Source: Spirochaetia bacterium (lineage in GTDB: Bacteria; Spirochaetota; Spirochaetia; SZUA-6; Bin103). From it: a stretch of DNA of 64,000 bases. Shown here in pieces: positions 32,324-40,402 of this stretch (its first letter is position 1; the number at the start of each line of letters is the position of its first letter). The DNA lies in contig CBDBDQ010000005.1 in assembly GCA_965203905.1 (NCBI GenBank), positions 4,800,001 through 4,864,000 of the forward strand, given 5' to 3'. The translations under genes and the position numbers were made by a program. Below the pieces are notes generated by a model. That model was not told the DNA's origin and did not search any database. It saw nothing but the letters and a program-made list of their open reading frames with translations.

Positions 32324-33223
32324 TCAGTCCTTCAGCGATCCGATCATCACGCCCTTCACGAAGTAGCGCTGGATGAACGGATAGAGTATCAGCATCGGCA
32401 GCATGGTGATAGCGATCAGGCCGTACTTGATGCCCTGGATCGCCACCGCCTCCTGCTCCATCAGGTCGTTGCGCCCGTACTGGTCCTGCATGAACGACAG
32501 CCGCGCCATCTCGGTGCGCATCACGATGTCACGCAACACGAGCTGCATCGGGTACTTCCTGGTGTCGTAGAGATAGATCATGGCGTCGAAGAACGCATTC
32601 CAGTGGCTCACCGCGTAGAACAATGCGATGGTCGCCACTCCCGCCTTGGCCAGCGGCATCACGATGCGCACCAGCACCGTCGTCTCCTTGGCGCCCTCCA
32701 GGAAGGCCGACTCCTCCAGTTCCTCCGGCACCTGCTTGAAGAAGGTGCGCAGCACCAGCAGGTTGAACGCGCTGATGGCGATCGGCACTGTGAGCGCCAG
32801 GAAGGTGTCGTACATGCCCAGCGCACGCACCACCATGAAGCGCGGAATCAGGCCGCCGCTGAAGAACATGGTCACCACGATCATTACCGTGAAGATGCGC
32901 CGGAACGGCAGCCGCCGCTTGGCCAGCGGGTAGGCCATGGTCACGGTGAAGGCCAGGTTCACGGCCGTGCCGAGCAGGGTGATGAGCACCGAGTTCAGAA
33001 ACGAGCGCGGGATCATCGGATCCATGAACAGGATCGAGTAGTGCTTGAGCGAGAACCCGACGGGGAAGAACGACACGTGGCCGGCGATGATGTGGTAGGT
33101 CTCGCTGACCGAGTTGGAGAGGATGTTGAGCACCGGGAAGATGGTGGTGATCAGCACCACGGCGATCACCGCGTGCACCGCCAGGCCGACCAGGCGAGAG
33201 GAGAGCGAGCGGTCGACTACCAC
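32324..33223 (-). CDS. Carbohydrate ABC permease (LplC-like)
   Basis: GTG at 33223 overlapping the upstream gene; TMFFSGGLIP, ELEESAFLEGA, YPFIQRYFVKGVMIGSLK. Confidence 0.92.
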   Translation of the reverse strand: MVVDRSLSSRLVGLAVHAVIAVVLITTIFPVLNILSNSVSETYHIIAGHVSFFPVGFSLKHYSILFMDPMIPRSFLNSVLITLLGTAVNLAFTVTMAYPLAKRRLPFRRIFTVMIVVTMFFSGGLIPRFMVVRALGMYDTFLALTVPIAISAFNLLVLRTFFKQVPEELEESAFLEGAKETTVLVRIVMPLAKAGVATIALFYAVSHWNAFFDAMIYLYDTRKYPMQLVLRDIVMRTEMARLSFMQDQYGRNDLMEQEAVAIQGIKYGLIAITMLPMLILYPFIQRYFVKGVMIGSLKD

Positions 33224-34263
33224 AGGCTCTCGTCCGAGACCTTGCGTGCCGTGTAGTTGGCAACTACCAGCAGCAGCAGGTTGACCACCGAGTTGAACAG
33301 TCCCACCGCGGTGGCGAAGGAGTAGTCGAACTTGACGATGCCGCGGCGGTACACGTAGGTGCCGATGACGTCGGCGACCTCGTAGGTGAGCGGGCTGTAC
33401 ATCAGCAGGATCTTCTCGATCCCGACGTTGACGAAGGCACCGACGCGCAGGATGAGCAGGATCATGATGGTGGGCAGGATCGAGGGCAGCGTGATGCGCA
33501 CGATCTTCTGCAGCCGGCTGGCGCCGTCGATCGCCGCCGACTCGTAGAGCGAGGTCGGGATGCCGTACATGGCGGCCAGGTACACGATCGCCCCCCAGCC
33601 GATGCCGGCCCAGATGCTGGAGCCCACGTACAGCGGCCGGAACCAGCCCGGCTCGGCCAGGAAGTAGATCGGCTCGATGCCGATGCTGCTGAGCAGCCAG
33701 TTGACGTAGCCGTCGCTGGGCGAGAACAGCATCACCATCATGGCGACCACCGACACCGTGGAGATGAAGTGGGGGAGGAAGCTGATGGTCTGCGCGAACT
33801 TGCGGTAGAACAGGTTGTGCACCTCGTACAGGCACAGCGCGAACAGGATCGCCGCCGGGAACTCGAACAGCACCGAGTAGAAGCCCAGCACCACGGTGTT
33901 GCGCAGCAGCGGAAAGAACTTGGGCCCGGTGAAGAAGTCGACGAAGTGCTTGAACCCGATCCAGGGGCTGGTCAGGTAGTTGGCCACCACCCCCTGCCCG
34001 TACTTGGGCGCGTAGTCGACGAACGAGAGCGAGATGCCGTAGATCGGCAGGTAGTGGAAGATGACGAAGTAGAGGACGCCGGGAGTGATCAGGTAGAGCA
34101 GGGCGCGGTTCTTCTTGACCTCGCGCCAGAGCGCGCGCCGCTCCCGGTACGCGGCATCGCTCGCCACCGGTGCTTGCTGGGTCGCTTCTACGGCTGTCGG
34201 CGTGCCACCGGTTTGCTGCTCGGCGATGCGGTTAGCGGTAACAGACGCCCATCCGGTTGTCAA
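33217..34263 (-). CDS. Carbohydrate ABC permease (LplB-like; start uncertain)
   Basis: SPWIGFKHF, SFLPHFIS, LYESAAIDGA, YSFATAVGLFNSVV. Confidence 0.92.
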   Translation of the reverse strand: MTTGWASVTANRIAEQQTGGTPTAVEATQQAPVASDAAYRERRALWREVKKNRALLYLITPGVLYFVIFHYLPIYGISLSFVDYAPKYGQGVVANYLTSPWIGFKHFVDFFTGPKFFPLLRNTVVLGFYSVLFEFPAAILFALCLYEVHNLFYRKFAQTISFLPHFISTVSVVAMMVMLFSPSDGYVNWLLSSIGIEPIYFLAEPGWFRPLYVGSSIWAGIGWGAIVYLAAMYGIPTSLYESAAIDGASRLQKIVRITLPSILPTIMILLILRVGAFVNVGIEKILLMYSPLTYEVADVIGTYVYRRGIVKFDYSFATAVGLFNSVVNLLLLVVANYTARKVSDESLW

Positions 34264-34323
34264 GCTCGCCCGGCCGGGTCGTAGGGTACAGCCAGCCGCG
34301 GCACGTCGTCTCTGTTGACCAAT

Positions 34324-35673
34324 TCAGTTGCTCGGTCTCTTCCAGGCGTTCGCCTGGTAGAAGGCCGCTCTGCCAACGCCGCCGCGCTCCACGAGCCCGG
34401 CATCCCGCAGCGCGCGGAGTTCGCGCAGCGCCGTATCGCCGCTGACGGCCAGGAAGGTCGCCGCCTCTTCCTTGGTGGTGCGCGTGCGTCCGGCGACGAA
34501 GTGAAACAGCCGGCTCTGACGGGCCGAGAGTGGGGACTCGGTGTCCAGCCGCGGCCGGAAGGTGACCACGAAGAAGTTGGATGCCGCAATCTCCATCGGC
34601 GGGTTGCCGTTCTCCTCCAGCGCCTGCCTCATCCTCGGAATGCCACTGCCGACGCGTTCCACGTAGCGGGCGCGGAACAGGAGATCGGCCACCAGGCGGT
34701 TGCGACGCACACTGCGCTTGCCGAGGTCTGCCAGCGACAGTCCACTGAACAGGCCACCGGGGTTCTCGACTTCCAGCCGGTCCGCGAAGATGCTGACGAA
34801 AACATGCGCCGCATCGTAGTGGTAGTCGCGATGCATGACCGCGTTGGTGATCGCCTCCCTGATGGCGACCAGCGGGTACTCGTACACCTCGCGGCGTTGC
34901 GGGCGAGCGTCCACGAGGTACGCGGTGCGGATGTTCCGGGTAGTGAAGGCTAGCGCACCCTCGATGAGCTCGGGAGGGCTGCCGGTTATCTCCTGCCGAT
35001 CGAGCACGTTGAGCCGCTCCGATCCCGCGAAGCGCACGCAGCTTACGTGACTTTCCTTCACGAAGCGTTGTGGATCCCGAGCGAAGAACAGGACGCCGCC
35101 TTGCCGGAGCAAGATGCCCTCCGCGGCCGGTACCGCCGCGTCGAGACTCGCAAGCAGGTCTTCCGGACGCGCCTCGAAGCGTATTCCCGCGGCCCGCAGG
35201 TAGGCGCGGTAGCGGTTCGGGTCGAAGTCCTGCGGGTAGCGAAAGTGCCGGTTGACGCTCTCGTCGAAATGGTAGTCGCCGGCCTGTAGCACCAGTCGCC
35301 GTATCTCGGCGGTGCTGAGCTTCTGCGTCGTCGCGCCCTGCCTCAGGTAGAAGCCTTCCTTGCAGCGATACGGTTTCTGTACCCCCTCGGCCACCACCAC
35401 TTCCAGCACGCCGGGGCCAGGGTTGGCTACCTCGACCTGAACCGAAGGGTCGCAGTTGCGGGCGATGGCCTGTATCTCGCTGCGAATGCGGTTGGAGGTG
35501 TCGACGCCAACCACCTCGCCCGCATCGTCGACGCCGAGTAGAACCGTGCCGCCCGCCGAGTTCGCGAATGCAACTATTTCACGGTCGAGCCGGGACAGTG
35601 ACTGTCTGAATTCGAGGCGCTGGCCTTCCCCATCGGCCAGGAGGAGGGCGAGGCGGCCTGCCGGGTCGATCAT
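34324..35673 (-). CDS. AlbA_2 (Schlafen-like) + HATPase_c_4 + C-terminal wHTH protein
   Basis: GEGQRLEFRQ, IVAFANSAGGTVLLGVDD, REAITNAVMHRDY, ENPGGL, RNRLVA, VERVGSGIPRM, TALRELRAL. Confidence 0.88.
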   Translation of the reverse strand: MIDPAGRLALLLADGEGQRLEFRQSLSRLDREIVAFANSAGGTVLLGVDDAGEVVGVDTSNRIRSEIQAIARNCDPSVQVEVANPGPGVLEVVVAEGVQKPYRCKEGFYLRQGATTQKLSTAEIRRLVLQAGDYHFDESVNRHFRYPQDFDPNRYRAYLRAAGIRFEARPEDLLASLDAAVPAAEGILLRQGGVLFFARDPQRFVKESHVSCVRFAGSERLNVLDRQEITGSPPELIEGALAFTTRNIRTAYLVDARPQRREVYEYPLVAIREAITNAVMHRDYHYDAAHVFVSIFADRLEVENPGGLFSGLSLADLGKRSVRRNRLVADLLFRARYVERVGSGIPRMRQALEENGNPPMEIAASNFFVVTFRPRLDTESPLSARQSRLFHFVAGRTRTTKEEAATFLAVSGDTALRELRALRDAGLVERGGVGRAAFYQANAWKRPSN

Positions 35674-35714
35674 TCGTAGCCAGTGTACCAAGACAGATCT
35701 GCAGCGTACAGTGC

Positions 35715-35747
35715 TTGCGGCGCAATTGCGGCGCAAATGCGGCGCAT
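35715..35747. promoter_or_regulatory. Three abutting 11-bp palindromes (candidate operator)
   Basis: TTGCGGCGCAA-TTGCGGCGCAA-ATGCGGCGCAT, about 40 bp upstream of the AlbA_2/wHTH start. Confidence 0.5.
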
Positions 35748-35884
35748 TGCACCAGATGGTGCCCTGATGCCAGACATGGGAAATGGCCGGGTGCATTCTT
35801 TCTCTGTGGCACCTGCGGCATCTGTGGTACGGGAAATAGAGACCCCTCCCAGAGATTCGATGATGTGGTAAGCATCTACCCCGG

Positions 35885-36013
35885 TGATGAGTCGTCGCTT
35901 CTGGGACGACTACGAAAGCCTGCTTCCCTCATCGCCCGCCCCAGAATCCACCCAGACCCAGCCAGACCCAGCTCGAGGCGGCCTGACCGCTACCACACTG
36001 ACGGAATGCACCC
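35885..36013 (+). mobile_element. ISKra4/ISLre2-like right-end remnant, copy 1
   Basis: 35945-36013 is near-identical to 37955-38013 and ends GGAATGCACCC; carries a transposase C-terminal tail. Confidence 0.6.
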
Positions 36014-36028
36014 CAGCGCCACCTTGCC

Positions 36029-37408
36029 TCACGTCACCGAGTCTCGCGGTGCGGAGCGCTGCCGGCGCTCGTGGCGGTAACGGTGGTGAGCCGCGCAGCG
36101 CAAGACCAGGTTCCCCGGCTCCGCGCCGCCGCCCACCGCGACCGGAACGATGTGGTCCATCTCGAGGAAGAAGCGCGAGCCGCAGCGCCGCCCGCTGTCC
36201 CGGTCGACGAAGGTGCAGCAGCCCTGGTCGCGCCGCCAAACCTCTCGTTTCACCGCAGCCGGAATCGATCTGCCCGACGATCTGGCGGACTTCTCCACCG
36301 AAGTCGGCTCCCCTGCGCCGCCGGTCCTCCGTTCCGGTGTCGAACTACCGGTTGCCACGCGGGACTTCGCCGCCGAAGTCGGCTCCGCCGATCCTGCGCC
36401 CCCCGTGCTCCGCTCCGAAGTCGAATCGCCGGCTGCCACGCGCGGCTTCGGCGCCGAAGTGCTGTCTGCTGCCGGCTGCGCGGACCCCTTCGTCGCCGAA
36501 GGGGACACCGCCGCCGCCGCGGACTTCCCGGGCCGGTCCGGGTTCTCCGCCGCCGCCGCGACGCGATCTGCCGTCTCCCGCCCCGCTGTCCCGGACGCAC
36601 GCTCGTCACTGATAGAGTCTGACTTCCGCTTCCGGCGGCGCGGCCGGCTCGGATCGTGGCGCTCCAATCCCTCCCGCACCAGCCGCCCGACGAGTTGCCC
36701 GACCGTCAGGTGCGGATCCACGTGCGACAGCAGCTCCCGCAGCTGCTGCAATCCACGCTGGCACTCGGCGTCGATCACCGCCTTCAGCTCCCAGCGCCCG
36801 TCCCCCAGCGCCCGCAGCCGCTCGGCGGGCGCCGCCGCCTCGGGATCCACCTCGGCCAGCATCTGCTGCACCTGCCGGGTGCTCTTGCCCACCGCCTGCT
36901 CCACCAGCCGCTGCCGGGCGTGCGCATCCAGCACGGGCGATGGCGAACCCTCCGCCTCGCCCGGCGTCGCGGATGGAGCCGAGCCGGCACGCGGCGCGGC
37001 GCTGGTGCCGGCTCCCGGCGATCCGGCGGCGGTCCGTCCGCCTGCGCTGCGGTCCCAGCGCTCGAACGAGTTCTGCAACAGGGCGGCGTTGCTCAGGTTC
37101 AGCGAGCCGTCCTGCAGCCACGCGCGGACGCCGCGGGTTTCGCGGCACAGGCGCATGGCCTTGATACGGCGCCAAGCGGCTGCCTCGGTATAGCGCAGCT
37201 CGCGCACGGTGTAGTCGAACAAGCTGGAGTAGCCGAGGCGCAGATACAGGCGCCGAGCCTCGATCTCGCGCAGGTGGTCGAGGACGCTGAGCTGCAGCGC
37301 CTGCTCGTGGCGGGCGAGCATCCTGGTCTGTTCCAGCAGCACCTGGTCGGGGAGCACGGCGACGGTGGAGAAGAGTTCTTCGGAGGCTGCTTCTGTCACG
37401 TTCGTCAT
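36029..37408 (-). CDS. DUF222-like HNH endonuclease with an internal repeat linker
   Basis: N-terminal HLREIEARRLYLRLGYSSLFDY...YTEAAAWRRI; C-terminal IPAAVKREVWRRDQGCC...C...LEMDHIVPVAVGG....NL.LRCAAHH; 75-81 bp repeats at 36290-36460 (TSAxK units). Confidence 0.9.
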   Translation of the reverse strand: MTNVTEAASEELFSTVAVLPDQVLLEQTRMLARHEQALQLSVLDHLREIEARRLYLRLGYSSLFDYTVRELRYTEAAAWRRIKAMRLCRETRGVRAWLQDGSLNLSNAALLQNSFERWDRSAGGRTAAGSPGAGTSAAPRAGSAPSATPGEAEGSPSPVLDAHARQRLVEQAVGKSTRQVQQMLAEVDPEAAAPAERLRALGDGRWELKAVIDAECQRGLQQLRELLSHVDPHLTVGQLVGRLVREGLERHDPSRPRRRKRKSDSISDERASGTAGRETADRVAAAAENPDRPGKSAAAAVSPSATKGSAQPAADSTSAPKPRVAAGDSTSERSTGGAGSAEPTSAAKSRVATGSSTPERRTGGAGEPTSVEKSARSSGRSIPAAVKREVWRRDQGCCTFVDRDSGRRCGSRFFLEMDHIVPVAVGGGAEPGNLVLRCAAHHRYRHERRQRSAPRDSVT

Positions 37409-37634
37409 GGCGTAAATATACTACTGAATTGAAAATGCCTCGAACTTCCAGGTCTCGGACGGGCTTCGGAGATGGCTCAGGACGGGCGTAGCAGGGCGCT
37501 GTCGAGCCAGCGGGCGCGAAGTGTTCTCTGGAAAGTCGGAAGCGCCGCTACGGCCCGTAGAGGGCCGTCATGAGCGCGTCAGAATGCGTCAAGTGTTTTT
37601 CTTGCGAATTTTGGGGATTTCTTGGATCGTCAGC

Positions 37635-37800
37635 CGGCAGCACCGGCCGGGACATCTGCCGCACCGCCGCCTGCTGCGATGCCGTCAGAGCCGCCTCGAC
37701 GTTCACGGCAAAGACCTCCCGCCACGTCTTCAACGAGACGGCCGACACCCACACCTCCGGCGCCAGGTCCACGACGACGCCCATGTTGTTGACGACGCCC
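37635..37800 (-). pseudogene. Short-chain dehydrogenase internal fragment
   Basis: VVNNMG...W REVFAVNV...AL..SQQAAVRQM resembles the NNAG...W...F.VNV segment of SDRs. Confidence 0.45.
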
Positions 37801-38013
37801 ACCGCTACAGCAAGCAGCAGTGCTACGACCTCCAGGGCGAGATCAACTACTTCACGGCCAACCAGCAGCGCATGGACTACCCGCTGTATCGGTCGTGCGG
37901 TCTGCCGATCGGCAGCGGGGTCAGTCGAGGGGGCCTGCAAGAAACGTGGTCGCCAATCCACCCAGACCCAGATCGAGGCTGCCTGACCGCTACCACAGTG
38001 ACGGAATGCACCC
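37800..38013 (+). mobile_element. ISKra4/ISLre2-like transposase remnant and right end, copy 2
   Basis: INYFTANQQRMDYPLYRSCGLPIGSG.VEGACK (frameshifted) is the family motif; internal deletion; ends GGAATGCACCC. Confidence 0.75.
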
Positions 38014-38024
38014 GAATTGGCCTC

Positions 38025-38125
38025 GCGGCTTGGCATTCTGGCCCGGTCTGTGCCTGACGATCATCGTATTCAGCCTGGATCTGTTCGCCGCCGCCCTCGG
38101 GTACCTGCTCGATCCCCGGCCGGGG
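38025..38125 (+). pseudogene. 3' remnant of a DppC-type peptide permease
   Basis: AFWPGLCLTIIVFSLDLF..ALGYLLDPR matches the ends of 43351-44418 and 50246-51160. Confidence 0.75.
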
Positions 38126-38234
38126 GGTGGTGCAGGGCATCTCGCGGCTGATCGCGTCGTCCGGCGAGCGTCATGCTACACTCCACGAGAAGGCGCCGGG
38201 CCAACCCCAAGCGTCGTCAACGAGGATCGCAACC

Positions 38235-39821
38235 ATGCGTTCGTTCAACACTGCCGGTCCCGTCAAGCCCGACATGCACTATTGCATCCCGCCGCTTGAG
38301 CGCATCGACCTGGACGAGGTCCTTCGGCTGGTGCAAGACAAGAAGTACTTCGTGCTGCACGCGCCGCGGCAGACCGGCAAGACGTCGGTGCTGCTGGCGC
38401 TGGCCGAGGTGCTGAACGGAAGCGGCTACCGGTGCGTGTACGTTACGTTCGAAACCGCCCGCACCGCGCGCGACGACGTGCAACGGGCGATGCGCACGGT
38501 GCTCGCCACGCTGGCGTCGCAGGCGCGGGCGACGCTGGACGACGACTTTCCGGACGACATCTGGCCGGACGTTCTGGCGCGGGTCGGTCCGGACTTGGCG
38601 CTGGGCGTAGCTCTGGAGCGCTGGGCGCAGGCGTCGCCGGGACCGCTGGTGCTGCTGATCGACGAGATCGACACACTGGTGGGCGATTCGCTGCTGTCGG
38701 TGCTCCAGCAGCTCCGCGCCGGCTATCCCGGCCGTCCGGAGCGCTTCCCCCACAGCGTGGTCCTGTGCGGCATGCGCGACCTGCGCGACCTGCGCGACTA
38801 CCGCATGGGCGCTGCCGGCAGCCCGTTCAACATCGCCGCGAAGTCGCTGCGGCTGGGTGACTTCTCGCGCGAGCAGACGCTGGCGTTGCTGGCCCAGCAC
38901 ACCGAGCAGACCGGCCAGGCGTTCGCGCCCGAGGCGCTGGAGGCGGTGTGGACGCAGACCCGCGGCCAGCCCTGGCTGGTGAACGCGCTGGCGTACGGTG
39001 TCTGTTTCGAGAACAGGACGCTGCGCGAAGACCGTTCCCGCACGGTGGCCGCGGATGACATCGCGGCGGTGCGCGAGGAGCTGATCGTGAACCGGGTGAC
39101 GCACCTGGACTACCTGGCGGACAAGCTGCGCGAGGACCGCGTGCGGCGGGTGATCGAGCCGATGCTGAGCGGCACGCACCGGCACGCCTTCACGGACCGC
39201 GATGTCGGGTACGCGCGCGACCTCGGGTTGCTGGCCCGCGATGCGCCGCTGCGGGTGGCCAACCCGATCTACGCCGAAGTGCTGCCGCGCGAATTGGCGT
39301 GGGTGGCGCAGGAGACGCTGGAGCTGTCGCCGCCGCGGTACGTGAGGGCGGACGGCAGCCTGGACGCGGAGTTGCTGATGGCGGAGTTCCAGGGCTTCTT
39401 CCGTCGCCACTCCGAGCACTGGCGGACCCGCTTCGCGTACGAGGAGGCGTGGCCGCAGTTGCTGCTGCAGGCGTACCTGCAGCGGGTGGTGAACGGCGGC
39501 GGCCGCATCGAGCGGGAGTACGCGCTGGGGAGCGGCAGGGTGGACCTGCTGATCGTGTGGCCGCTGGCGGACCGGGTGCAGGAGTTCGTGGTGGAGTGCA
39601 AGGTGGTGCGCGAGCACGACGGGCTGGAGCGCGTGGTGGACGAGGGCGTGGAGCAGACGGCGCGCTACGTGGATCGCTGCGCGGCAGAGGCGGGGCACCT
39701 AGTGGTGATCGACCGGCGGGAGAACCGGAGCTGGGAGGAGAAGATCTACCGTATCCGGCGCCGCTCGGAGCATCTGCGGCGCGGCGGCGACGCCGTGCCG
39801 GTAGCGGTGTGGGGGATGTGA
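38235..39821 (+). CDS. AAA-like ATPase with a C-terminal PD-(D/E)XK-type domain
   Basis: FNTAGP, HAPRQTGKTS, LLIDEID, TRGQPWLVNAL, REYALGSGRVDL...VVECK...Q..RY. Confidence 0.88.
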   Translation: MRSFNTAGPVKPDMHYCIPPLERIDLDEVLRLVQDKKYFVLHAPRQTGKTSVLLALAEVLNGSGYRCVYVTFETARTARDDVQRAMRTVLATLASQARATLDDDFPDDIWPDVLARVGPDLALGVALERWAQASPGPLVLLIDEIDTLVGDSLLSVLQQLRAGYPGRPERFPHSVVLCGMRDLRDLRDYRMGAAGSPFNIAAKSLRLGDFSREQTLALLAQHTEQTGQAFAPEALEAVWTQTRGQPWLVNALAYGVCFENRTLREDRSRTVAADDIAAVREELIVNRVTHLDYLADKLREDRVRRVIEPMLSGTHRHAFTDRDVGYARDLGLLARDAPLRVANPIYAEVLPRELAWVAQETLELSPPRYVRADGSLDAELLMAEFQGFFRRHSEHWRTRFAYEEAWPQLLLQAYLQRVVNGGGRIEREYALGSGRVDLLIVWPLADRVQEFVVECKVVREHDGLERVVDEGVEQTARYVDRCAAEAGHLVVIDRRENRSWEEKIYRIRRRSEHLRRGGDAVPVAVWGM

Positions 39822-39876
39822 GTCGGCGGCGGTCGACCCTGATCCGCGGCCCGTTGCCGTTGCTCAGAACGCGCGG

Positions 39877-39905
39877 TTGACAGACTGCGGCGGGCGGTGC
39901 ATGGT
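39877..39905 (+). promoter_or_regulatory. Candidate sigma70 promoter of peptide ABC operon 1
   Basis: TTGACA-17 bp-CATGGT, at a position equivalent to the 46744 promoter in the paralogous leader. Confidence 0.4.
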
Positions 39906-40402
39906 GATTCATTCCAAGGTTTCACTCGTGCCCACGATGCGTGACCATAGCACTCAGCGCTGCTACCAGTTGACGCAACCGGTGCCCCCCCCCCGGCAGC
40001 TTAAGTCTCGTAAATCTTTCAAACGTAAACAGTAGCACCAACCACACGGCTCTTTCGCCGGGCTCCGCCGCGGGCGCCGGCCGGCGCAGCCCGCTACCCG
40101 CCATCTCCAATCCCCCGGCGTTGCCGGACATGGGAACCAGCTACCGGCGAGCCGCCGCCACGCCCGAGGTCGGCGTGCGCCCGCGACCGTCCGGATCGCG
40201 AACGAGGGGGCCCGTGAAGAGGTAAATCCACGCCGCGGGCCGCGGCGGCGCCGTTGCCGCTGATCGCCCCGGGGGCAACTCGAAGTTGTCGCCCTCGTCG
40301 AAATCGCCTGCCCCGCAGAGGGTGCAGACCGGCACACAGGCCGCGGGAACAGGCGAGGGACCGGCACCGAATCGGATGTTCCCGAAACAGAGGAGATTCG
40401 TC

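Noticed and set aside
36290-36460. 75-81 bp repeats as a CRISPR-like array
   Set aside because: They are in-frame coding repeats within the HNH linker; there are no unique spacers and no cas genes.
36003-38013. Exact 2000-bp spacing between the two IS ends
   Set aside because: No mechanism is implied and the copies differ by substitutions and an indel; treated as coincidence.
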